Source: an uncultured virus (IMG/VR IMGVR_UViG_3300025103_000005)
Taxonomy: Duplodnaviria > Heunggongvirae > Uroviricota > Caudoviricetes
Reading direction: 5' to 3' (one strand)
IMG/VR virus record: IMGVR_UViG_3300025103_000005
DNA length: 54,349 nucleotides
Shown here: positions 1 to 7,822 of the stretch, piece by piece
How positions within the stretch are numbered: the first letter of the stretch is position 1
How the letters are laid out: each line of letters starts with the position of its first letter
Program-made: the position numbers and the translations under genes
Notes under the pieces: model-generated
Told to the model about the DNA's origin: nothing
Database searches by the model: none
Seen by the model: only the letters and a program-made list of their open reading frames with translations

Positions 1-319
1 TGCCGGGGTCTGTTCGCATCTGTAATCCAAGTGCTGAGAAGAATGCCATAGGTAGGTCATGTATCTCCGCTAATTCTTCCCACAACATGAACATAGTCAA
101 TGGGTCCGTAAGTGTCTCAATTGGTGGCATATGTGTTATCCAACCAAAGTGCTGAAGGCGACTATCATCACACATACGCTGGAAGCGTCTAAAGGACTTA
201 CGTCTATCTGTAATCATTTTAGCAGTCTTCGGGGGTATGGGGAAGTCCTTACCTAACTCGTTGTTGAGTGTCTGCAAGGTGTCTGCAATCTTGGCTACTG
301 TATCATTCTCAAACTTCAT
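1..319 (-). CDS. Hypothetical protein, partial (runs off window edge)
   Basis: Manual translation from ATG at 319 (ATGA overlap with the stop of 316..558): MKFENDTVAKIADTLQTLNNELGKDFPIPP..., open to base 1; not in ORF track. Confidence 0.7.
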   Translation of the reverse strand, partial: MKFENDTVAKIADTLQTLNNELGKDFPIPPKTAKMITDRRKSFRRFQRMCDDSRLQHFGWITHMPPIETLTDPLTMFMLWEELAEIHDLPMAFFSALGLQMRTDPG

Positions 320-558
320 TCGTTCCCCTCCGCTTGAATTATGTTTTTCCATGCGTTCATGATTTCTTTGCGGTGAGCGTGGTTAGTATCAATCACGGTG
401 AATATGGTTCCATTCTTCATATGCACATCTATGTTGAAGTTCTCCCTATTAGGTAGGTGACAAACTATTGCACACACCTGCCTAAAATCAATCCATGATT
501 CTCCACTTGAGGTATTTAAGCGATAGAGCATCCATGTCGGATAACCGGTATCGCTCAT
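316..558 (-). CDS. Hypothetical protein (80 aa)
   Basis: ORF track; ATGA overlaps with both neighbours. Confidence 0.75.
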   Translation of the reverse strand: MSDTGYPTWMLYRLNTSSGESWIDFRQVCAIVCHLPNRENFNIDVHMKNGTIFTVIDTNHAHRKEIMNAWKNIIQAEGNE

Positions 559-1001
559 TCCTCTTCCCCCTCTATAAATAGTCCAACATCTAGGTTAAGC
601 GTTTCTTCCGGCACATACGGGTCAGTGTCTGTGTCTTGTATGAATCCAGCCTTCTTAGCGAAAGTCAGCACTCTCTTTACCCCCTCAGAAAGAGGGTGTA
701 ATCCCAACATAGCACCTTGTGGGTGGTTGGCGGGCGTGCCGGGAATGAACATCTGCATCACTCCATTTGCATACCTGTATATGGTGAAAGGCGTGTATAG
801 CAGTTCACCGGATGCCGCCGACTTGAGGACAGGAGGTTGCTCTCGCAACCACATACTGACCTCCATCGTAGTCCTCATTTTCTCCGCAATTCCATACTCT
901 CTCCCCATTTGGGTATTCCCTGATACACCTTGTATGTGCATCAGTTCGTCGTCGTAATTGCACTTCACTTGCATTCTTTCTTCTTCCATCATTGTTTCCA
1001 T
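555..1001 (-). CDS. Hypothetical protein (148 aa)
   Basis: ORF track; GGAGGA SD upstream; coupled to neighbours. Confidence 0.75.
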   Translation of the reverse strand: METMMEEERMQVKCNYDDELMHIQGVSGNTQMGREYGIAEKMRTTMEVSMWLREQPPVLKSAASGELLYTPFTIYRYANGVMQMFIPGTPANHPQGAMLGLHPLSEGVKRVLTFAKKAGFIQDTDTDPYVPEETLNLDVGLFIEGEEE

Positions 1002-1003
1002 TT

Positions 1004-2302
1004 TCAGTCCTCCGATTCTATTTCTTCGTTTGTTGCTCGCTCATACATGTCGTGGCCCATGAGTCTTTCAAAGTCATCTTCCACTTCGCCTCTCTTGCGC
1101 TTCTCTCTATATGCGTCGAGTTTTGTATCGTTAGGGTGGTGCTTCTTTGGCCCTCTATTTGTGTAATCATGTGGGGTATGCTTATTCTTCTTCTTGAACT
1201 TCCTCTCGGTCTTTCTCATCTGTCCGTATATTTTACTCACTGAGACGAGTTCATCCTTTTCATCAAGAGTTATCCACCATGTAGGTTGCCAAACTGTATT
1301 GATTTTAATTTCAGTTCCGAGATGCTCGCCGTCGGCATCCTCCACATCTCTTACCTGCATGTGTCTATTCCGTGCGATTGCTTTGAGCGATATTTTATCA
1401 TCATACATTTCAATAGGATGCCACATCTGATTAGTGTGAGTGCATAGAGTGAGTTCATAACCTTCTAACAATTCTATATCTGCTTGCATGATTGCTGACG
1501 AGCCACAAGTTCGACAAGGTATGTTCATATCTTCTTCCGAGGTTCGTCTCCATTCATAGTCAAGGCAATCGTCGCACTTAGTGAGCGTCCAATTCTTCTT
1601 GATTGGGTCATCGTAGTGTTCCCGCTTGCGCCCCTTACCTTTCTGGGGCTTCGGTTTACCCCGTCGCTTTCTTTCGTTCTCACGAATCTGAGCGTCCATT
1701 TCATCGTCGGTCATAAGCGCAGAATCATCAAAATCCACTCCAGCCCATGTGTTTGTCTGCACCGAAGTCATCGCTTTGCCTTCAGTAAGGCCACAACAGT
1801 CTGCAACGTAGGTTTGTTGTTGCTTGGATTCGACTGCGTGTTTGCAGTATAATTCTCGGATAAACGCGATGAGTTCTGCCGCATCCTTCCACGTGTGGTC
1901 CTTTTCTGGTATCAATTTGTGCGCAAGAATAGCCAATTGAACTCCTGTCCTCCCATGTCCTCCCATGCACTGAGTGGAGATGGTGGTAATCTTCTTACTC
2001 TCTATGTCCTCCACCAACGCATCCCACCACGATGGTCCGAGGTTCTTTGGTATGCCGTAGTCGGGCCAATCAATTTCCATCACTACTGTTGGTATTTTTC
2101 CAATGACGTTATCTGATGACTTCCATCCCTTCGGTAGCAGGTCTGCTGTTTTATTCGATGTAATCACGCCTAACGGACCCATCGCTAAATCGGGCTTGTT
2201 GGGCATTCTATGCCACCCACCTTCTCGATTTGTTCCACCTGCATATACCTTCACTGTGCCGGTGTTAAACACCAACGGATTTTTCTTATGGCAACCACTC
2301 AT
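1004..2302 (-). CDS. Protein-tyrosine/dual-specificity (CX5R) phosphatase with C-terminal Zn-ribbon region
   Basis: WPD loop (IDWPDYGIP), P-loop CMGGHGRTG, Q-loop-like AVESKQQ; CDDC...CRTC pair downstream. Confidence 0.85.
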   Translation of the reverse strand: MSGCHKKNPLVFNTGTVKVYAGGTNREGGWHRMPNKPDLAMGPLGVITSNKTADLLPKGWKSSDNVIGKIPTVVMEIDWPDYGIPKNLGPSWWDALVEDIESKKITTISTQCMGGHGRTGVQLAILAHKLIPEKDHTWKDAAELIAFIRELYCKHAVESKQQQTYVADCCGLTEGKAMTSVQTNTWAGVDFDDSALMTDDEMDAQIRENERKRRGKPKPQKGKGRKREHYDDPIKKNWTLTKCDDCLDYEWRRTSEEDMNIPCRTCGSSAIMQADIELLEGYELTLCTHTNQMWHPIEMYDDKISLKAIARNRHMQVRDVEDADGEHLGTEIKINTVWQPTWWITLDEKDELVSVSKIYGQMRKTERKFKKKNKHTPHDYTNRGPKKHHPNDTKLDAYREKRKRGEVEDDFERLMGHDMYERATNEEIESED

Positions 2303-4731
2303 TCTGTTTCCTCCTTCAATATCACTAATACCGCATCAGTCCATTCGGGGTTATCACCCATCTGATTCTTAGCGAACTTAGTTAGTAATTCTGAGAGCAT
2401 GGGGTAGGTAGGGTCTTGATTGTTTAGTGCGTTCCATGCACCTACCCACATCTTCGGCGTCACCTCAGAATACTTCTTATCTCTCAGTAATTGAGACACT
2501 GCATACGCATCTATACCGGATTTGTTGGTATCTGAATCAACCATGAATGCTTCGGGGAACATAGGAGTGAGAAGTATGGCGGTTGCATCCTTTCCGTATT
2601 TGAGTTTCATAACGAGAACGTCGTTATCTTTACAGTGTTTACACTCATCAATCCCACAGGGGATGAAATTGTTTGACTGAGTATATTTGTTTCCTAAGTG
2701 CATGAGTTTAGGTCCACACTCTATGGCTGCATTTCGCAAGCCCGCCGGTATATTTGTGTCATAGGCTATGAAGTGTTGTCGCCAATAATTCGCACCCTTA
2801 CCCTTGAGGAAATTGAACATAAGTAGCCAATCAGTAGGTGGAGGTGAACACTTGTCGTTTTGCGCTCCGTCCATGAATAGTCTCGCTAATTCATACGTTC
2901 GGAACATGGAACTAAGGCCGTGTGTATTGTGAGGGAATAGTCCATTCGTCTTGGGGTTGCCCTTAGAATCCTTACCCGGATGCGCACTTGAATAGTCAAA
3001 TGCCCTTTGGTCGAGGAACTTCCCATAGAGGAACCCGTTGTTGTGTTCGGCATTCTTAGCGTTATTGACTACGCCCATGAGTTCTTGGAGGGATTCTTCG
3101 TCGGGTGATTTAGTGAACTCTATTACTGCGTTGCACACATTCACTCCGTGTTGAGCGCATTCACTCCATGCCTTACCACCATAAGCACCAGACCATCCTG
3201 TTTTGAAATTGACTACGCACCATTGTAGTGCAGCCTTCAATTCAAGGAAATCCACATTCATTCTCTCCATAGCCATGTAGTAGTGCTTTCTCTCGTTTCC
3301 ACTTGCTACGCCAAGTGAACCCTCTTTACCGTTGTAGTCTTCTTTAAGTTCCTTCCAATTGTGTGTGCCAACCATAGCAGTTAAGGTAGGCCACAGGTCC
3401 ACCATAGCGTTCTTCTTGAGTGACTTAGCATACCTCATTTCACCCAGACATAGTGCGAGTATACCTTTAGCCATCCAACCAACAAAACCACCGGCAAGGA
3501 AAGCACCTGCCTTCCCATTGTAATTCATACCAGCCCACTGATGGAAGAAGTGACCGAGCCAACCCTGCTGTCTTTGCCAATGAGTCTGGCTCCTACTCAA
3601 TCCCGCCTTGAATGATTCCACATACTCCGGCGCACATGGGTCGTATGGTTGAGCCTCAATTGGGGTCATTCCTTCCAAGTAATATGCGCCCCAAGACGGA
3701 GAGCCTTCAACCCATATCTCTCCTTCATTTACCTCACCTACTATGTAGGGGATTCCATGTTGTCTTGCATGAGCGCAAACGTGAGACATAAGAGAGCCAT
3801 CGGGGTGTGATATAACGAACCCTTCCGGCATGGTTTCCTTATTCACCTTCTCTTCTAACTCTTGCATTTCTTCTAATCCGGTAGCCACATACGCTTGCTT
3901 AACTACGACTGTGCCGCCGGGTATAGCGACGTCCACCGTAGCGATTCTCGTGTTTCCATTAGCGTCCACGAAGGAGAACGGAGATGCTCTCGGTGCATGA
4001 GGTGGTGCGCCACGAATCTGTGTAATGTATGCTTGAGGGCCACTTGACTTTGCGACCTTGAAGTTTTCATCACGCTGATAAACAAACTCCATCTCATACT
4101 CTCCATGCTTATGGCCGATAGATGCCATGTGTTCAGTCATCAGTGTATCGTCGGGATTCAGTATGAAGTAAAGCACTCTTCCCCACCCCGCCGTGATACC
4201 GTCGTGTCCTTCGCTGATTGCTGCGTATTCCTGTGGTCCGAGAACTGAAGATGATGTAGCACTGACGAATGGTTGTAGTATCATACACCCATTGGGGTCA
4301 TGCTCTAACATCTTATCACGCAAGTTTTTCCAATCTTCTCTTAGCGACTCTTCTTTTACTTGAATGGACTCAAGAACGCCATGCCTCGCAAACTCAGGAC
4401 AGGCTCGCAAGAATGCTATACCTTTACCATCAAAGTCATGTGCCATGACACGCTTATACGATGCTTCGACTATATCGTAGTCATCATCCAATAGTATCAC
4501 TTCAGTCATGGGGGCTTTCCACTTTGCCTTACCCTGTTTATATGATTGCACATACTTGAGGAACGACTTGGCCTTCTGAGATTTAGTCAATGCAAGACGA
4601 GCAGTTGTAACTGTTTCAGCAAGCGTCTTTCCACTCGCCTTCTCTTCTTGCACTTCGTCAGACATTTCATCCCAAATAGACGCAAACAGGTCCGTCGCAT
4701 CCATCTTTTCATACTTCTTTTCAATCGTCAT
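2299..4731 (-). CDS. PPDK/PEP-synthase-like dikinase: divergent ATP-grasp, swivelling phospho-His domain and unknown C-terminal domain
   Basis: GSLMSHVCAHARQHGIPYIVG resembles the PEP-utiliser mobile-domain motif (SHAAIVARELGIPxVVG); upstream LRAC, ILQPFV, EGHDG, EMEFV and YITQIRG parallel the PPDK_N motifs VRS, VQxMV, GxGE, DIEW and YILQAR. Confidence 0.7.
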   Translation of the reverse strand: MTIEKKYEKMDATDLFASIWDEMSDEVQEEKASGKTLAETVTTARLALTKSQKAKSFLKYVQSYKQGKAKWKAPMTEVILLDDDYDIVEASYKRVMAHDFDGKGIAFLRACPEFARHGVLESIQVKEESLREDWKNLRDKMLEHDPNGCMILQPFVSATSSSVLGPQEYAAISEGHDGITAGWGRVLYFILNPDDTLMTEHMASIGHKHGEYEMEFVYQRDENFKVAKSSGPQAYITQIRGAPPHAPRASPFSFVDANGNTRIATVDVAIPGGTVVVKQAYVATGLEEMQELEEKVNKETMPEGFVISHPDGSLMSHVCAHARQHGIPYIVGEVNEGEIWVEGSPSWGAYYLEGMTPIEAQPYDPCAPEYVESFKAGLSRSQTHWQRQQGWLGHFFHQWAGMNYNGKAGAFLAGGFVGWMAKGILALCLGEMRYAKSLKKNAMVDLWPTLTAMVGTHNWKELKEDYNGKEGSLGVASGNERKHYYMAMERMNVDFLELKAALQWCVVNFKTGWSGAYGGKAWSECAQHGVNVCNAVIEFTKSPDEESLQELMGVVNNAKNAEHNNGFLYGKFLDQRAFDYSSAHPGKDSKGNPKTNGLFPHNTHGLSSMFRTYELARLFMDGAQNDKCSPPPTDWLLMFNFLKGKGANYWRQHFIAYDTNIPAGLRNAAIECGPKLMHLGNKYTQSNNFIPCGIDECKHCKDNDVLVMKLKYGKDATAILLTPMFPEAFMVDSDTNKSGIDAYAVSQLLRDKKYSEVTPKMWVGAWNALNNQDPTYPMLSELLTKFAKNQMGDNPEWTDAVLVILKEETE

Positions 4732-4756
4732 CTTTCCATCTCCACTGTTTTCACTA

Positions 4757-4781
4757 TACTATCTTCGTTTAAATACCAAAG
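4757..4781 (-). promoter_or_regulatory. Conserved early promoter, copy 1 (CTTTGGTATTTAAACGAAGATAGTA)
   Basis: Exact 25-bp repeat with archaeal-type TATA box TATTTAAA, upstream of GGAG SD and ATG 4731. Confidence 0.8.
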
Positions 4782-4808
4782 CCAATTATTCAGTTTATTT
4801 TTCAACAT

Positions 4809-5012
4809 TCATTCTTCCTCCCCTAGTCGTTTCTTTATGGCTGTCGTGCCAAAATAATAGGATTCCCCGTCTTGAAGTGTCGGAACGCTCTTTACTCTCG
4901 GCGGAGGATGTTCCGTTTCAACATCCTTAATTGGAATATCAGGGTGATTCACGCCCAACCATACCTTGAGTCCTTTGCAGGGCATACACCACGAAGCCGA
5001 CCACACAATCAT
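4809..5012 (-). CDS. Thioredoxin/glutaredoxin-like (NrdH-like) protein
   Basis: WCMPC CxxC motif and SVPT cis-Pro motif in 67 aa. Confidence 0.8.
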   Translation of the reverse strand: MIVWSASWCMPCKGLKVWLGVNHPDIPIKDVETEHPPPRVKSVPTLQDGESYYFGTTAIKKRLGEEE

Positions 5013-5329
5013 TCTTCTTCACGCTCCCAATGTCCTGATTCGTATCGGACTAAGTGCATATCTTCCTCGCCTATATTCTTAACGGCCCACTCATACGCGG
5101 CGTTTTCATCTGCTTTATCTAATAGTCGCCATAGGTCTTTCACCCATGCCTCAAGTATCTCAATATCGTTCATCTGATTGATTATTTCCACCAAGTATGT
5201 AACTACTTCACGATGTTCCTCATCGAATACTGCTATGGTTTCTGTACCTTCGTCTGTGGATTTGAATAAAGTCACCGCACCATCTAAGTCGTCTATTTGT
5301 AGTTCTTCGTATTTGTCTATGTCTATCAT
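5009..5329 (-). CDS. Hypothetical protein, MIDIDKY family
   Basis: ORF track; N-terminus shared with the two upstream genes. Confidence 0.75.
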   Translation of the reverse strand: MIDIDKYEELQIDDLDGAVTLFKSTDEGTETIAVFDEEHREVVTYLVEIINQMNDIEILEAWVKDLWRLLDKADENAAYEWAVKNIGEEDMHLVRYESGHWEREEE

Positions 5330-5545
5330 TCAATCATCTCCTTTTAGTATTGTTTTTATGCGGTTTAACATGCGCCACTTATCAGTTTTCTTTGTGTCAA
5401 AATCACTTACTATCTCTTGTAGCCCTTCACGCAATCGTTTGATTTCTGCTTGTAGGTCTTTGTGTTCATTACAAACATCTTCCCAATCATGGTGATTCAT
5501 CTTATACCAATCTTCAATCGTTAGTTCTTCGTATTTGTCAATCAT
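5330..5545 (-). CDS. Hypothetical coiled-coil protein, MIDKY family (start re-assigned to 5545)
   Basis: ATG 5545 overlaps the stop of 5542..5877 and follows GGAGG; MIDKYEEL matches neighbours. Confidence 0.7.
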   Translation of the reverse strand: MIDKYEELTIEDWYKMNHHDWEDVCNEHKDLQAEIKRLREGLQEIVSDFDTKKTDKWRMLNRIKTILKGDD

Positions 5546-5877
5546 TCGGTTGCCTCCTGATTCCACCATATCATTTCCTGTTCGCCAATGTTATTGATTG
5601 CCCAATTGAAGCCATCATCTTCGTCCAACATAGCATGAAGTTGCTTCACCATACGTCGTGCATCAATCAGCAAGTCGAGCAGTAGTGGTGCGTCTGCCAT
5701 GAGTTGTGCATCAGCGTATGTGTGTTCTCCTAACATCTTAGCAATCCTACCTTGCGCGCCGTATGGTGGGGCAACAATGTATATCCTGTAATCACCATCT
5801 TCCGTATCCGCTTCTCGTTTGTATTTCCACGGCCCTTCTGTGATTTTCGCCTTATGGTATTTGTCTATGTCAATCAT
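5542..5877 (-). CDS. Hypothetical phage protein, MIDIDKY family
   Basis: TEGPW...DAQLMADAPLLL resembles the common small phage protein pattern TPGPW...ANARLIAAAPDLL. Confidence 0.75.
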   Translation of the reverse strand: MIDIDKYHKAKITEGPWKYKREADTEDGDYRIYIVAPPYGAQGRIAKMLGEHTYADAQLMADAPLLLDLLIDARRMVKQLHAMLDEDDGFNWAINNIGEQEMIWWNQEATE

Positions 5878-6050
5878 TCTTCTTCTTCCTCCTTGTATTG
5901 ATGTAGTGTACCTATGTATCGTACACCATCAAGTGTCATGTCAATCATTAGAGTATCATCTTGCACTTCGCAATTACGTATGCGCCCCTTACCTATGCAG
6001 TTTGTTCTATCGCTCCACCTTGCGAAGTTAATCCATTTATCTATTTTCAT
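5874..6050 (-). CDS. Small hypothetical protein (58 aa), not in ORF track
   Basis: MKIDKWINFARWSDRTNCIGKGRIRN...QYKEEEEE; AGGAG SD; directly below promoter copy 2; stop overlaps ATG 5877. Confidence 0.75.
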   Translation of the reverse strand: MKIDKWINFARWSDRTNCIGKGRIRNCEVQDDTLMIDMTLDGVRYIGTLHQYKEEEEE

Positions 6051-6069
6051 ATTATTCTCATTCTCCTAT

Positions 6070-6094
6070 TACTATCTTCGTTTAAATACCAAAG
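6070..6094 (-). promoter_or_regulatory. Conserved early promoter, copy 2
   Basis: Exact copy of the 25-bp motif, upstream of ATG 6050. Confidence 0.8.
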
Positions 6095-6207
6095 GTTCTT
6101 CAACACCAAAAAACGACTATCATCAAATACCATGCGCATACACAAGTATACACATAGACTACCGTAAGAGTATATGGTTATCACAACAATCACATCCGTA
6201 GTCTATA

Positions 6208-6579
6208 TCATATGGTGGCATTAACTCGATTAACCTTCTCAATATAGGCATTCGTATAACTCAAAGCATCCGCAAGCATACCCCAATAATCATACCATCC
6301 ATCGCTCATCTCGCCCACGACATTTTCATACTCAATATGCATTTCCCTTATTTCTTTCTCAAGGTATTCTTGGGCCTGTTTTACAAGTGAATACATGAAG
6401 TCCTCATTATCCATGTCGCCCAAAGCAATTCTAAAAGGTTGCTCGGAAGCCTCCTTTAGTGCCTTTTCATGCTCTTTATTTATTTCGGTTATAATTTTTC
6501 GTTGTGCGTCAAGCATATCTTTTATTAGATTAGTGACTTCTTTTTCTTTTTCCATTTTTCTCACCTTTTCTTTTTCCAT
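6208..6579 (-). CDS. Hypothetical helical protein (123 aa)
   Basis: ORF track; duplicated MEKEK N-terminus. Confidence 0.65.
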   Translation of the reverse strand: MEKEKVRKMEKEKEVTNLIKDMLDAQRKIITEINKEHEKALKEASEQPFRIALGDMDNEDFMYSLVKQAQEYLEKEIREMHIEYENVVGEMSDGWYDYWGMLADALSYTNAYIEKVNRVNATI

Positions 6580-6584
6580 TCTTA

Positions 6585-6701
6585 TTATTTCATGCCCGCG
6601 AACTTAGGCATAAGTAATCCACAGTGCTTACACTTGTTAGCACCATCAGCATATACCTCTTGATGCCACTCAGTAGGCCAACAGTCGCACAGTTTTATCA
6701 T
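6585..6701 (-). CDS. Putative Zn-binding microprotein (38 aa)
   Basis: MIKLCDCWPTEWHQEVYADGANKCKHCGLLMPKFAGMK; ATG overlaps ligase stop. Confidence 0.55.
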   Translation of the reverse strand: MIKLCDCWPTEWHQEVYADGANKCKHCGLLMPKFAGMK

Positions 6702-7822
6702 TCGTAATCCCTCACAGATATGCCCACAGGGAAGCGGGGGATGCCGTCGTCAGTTAATTCTTGATACTTAACCGTGAGCATCTTATTGATGTATGAATTA
6801 CCATTGTTAAACCACACCCTTCTTTGTTCGCGTGTGCCTTTCGGTCTGACGTTGAAGGTATGGCTCGCAGTGCTGCACTTCCATATCACACAGCCTGTTT
6901 CTCCACCCTCACCTTGAGTGAATCCTACTATCCTATACTCACCATCGAGGAAGGTCTTGACCTTCTGAAGGTTGGCTGACCTCTTACCCAGCGCATACGC
7001 GCCGTGATGATTCCTAACCATAGCACCCTCGTAGCCTTCTTCGATAAACTGTTTCTGCAACCTGTATATCTCATCCTCATTGTTAGCAGTGAAGTTCTCC
7101 ACAATCTCCCAACCCTTCGGCATGGCTGTTCTGATTCGCAACACATTAGTTCCAATTATATTTTGAGATAGTATATCCTTAATCAGACAAGCACGAGTCT
7201 TGAAGGGGGTATCGGCGCGCCCCGCATCGTAACAGTCATACACTCGTAGTTTGATTTGCTTCATCCTCTCAGCATCTCCTTCCTTCAAGGTTTCACGCTT
7301 AACCATACCAACTATCTCTTGGAAGGTCATCGTGTCTGAGTATAGTTCTCCATCAAACACTATGGGACGATTGTTAATCTTCGGCACTACTTTATGTGTG
7401 TGTCTAAGGTGATTGAGATGAGGAAACTCTTTGCCCTTACGAGAGAGCAGCCTACCATCCGGCATGGCGAAGCATCGCACACCATCGAACTTCCTCTGCA
7501 CTATGCAAGGGAAGGAGATGTTGTGACTTCTTTTCTTATATGAGTGAGCCAACATTGGTAGCATCACTACATGAGTCAAGGCTTTATCGTAGTCGTTGAG
7601 ATACCCGTCGTCTTTCTTCTTGTTGAGTTTAGCATTCAATTGGAACTTCGCTTGCTCGCTATCACTACGCCCCTGTTTGCCTGTGCATACTACACCAACA
7701 GTGGTGGTTAGTTTACCACTGACCTGTCCACTGCGTACATAGAAGGTGTTTCCTTCAGTCCACCCCTCCCATTGTACCATCTTTCCTGTACTTCCTTTCT
7801 TGTACCATATCCCTGTGTTCAT
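6698..7822 (-). CDS. lig: ATP-dependent DNA ligase (compact viral type)
   Basis: Motif I QRKFDGVR, III FDGELY, IV YEGAMVR, V LQKVK, VI PRFP; PMLAH upstream. Confidence 0.92.
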   Translation of the reverse strand: MNTGIWYKKGSTGKMVQWEGWTEGNTFYVRSGQVSGKLTTTVGVVCTGKQGRSDSEQAKFQLNAKLNKKKDDGYLNDYDKALTHVVMLPMLAHSYKKRSHNISFPCIVQRKFDGVRCFAMPDGRLLSRKGKEFPHLNHLRHTHKVVPKINNRPIVFDGELYSDTMTFQEIVGMVKRETLKEGDAERMKQIKLRVYDCYDAGRADTPFKTRACLIKDILSQNIIGTNVLRIRTAMPKGWEIVENFTANNEDEIYRLQKQFIEEGYEGAMVRNHHGAYALGKRSANLQKVKTFLDGEYRIVGFTQGEGGETGCVIWKCSTASHTFNVRPKGTREQRRVWFNNGNSYINKMLTVKYQELTDDGIPRFPVGISVRDYE

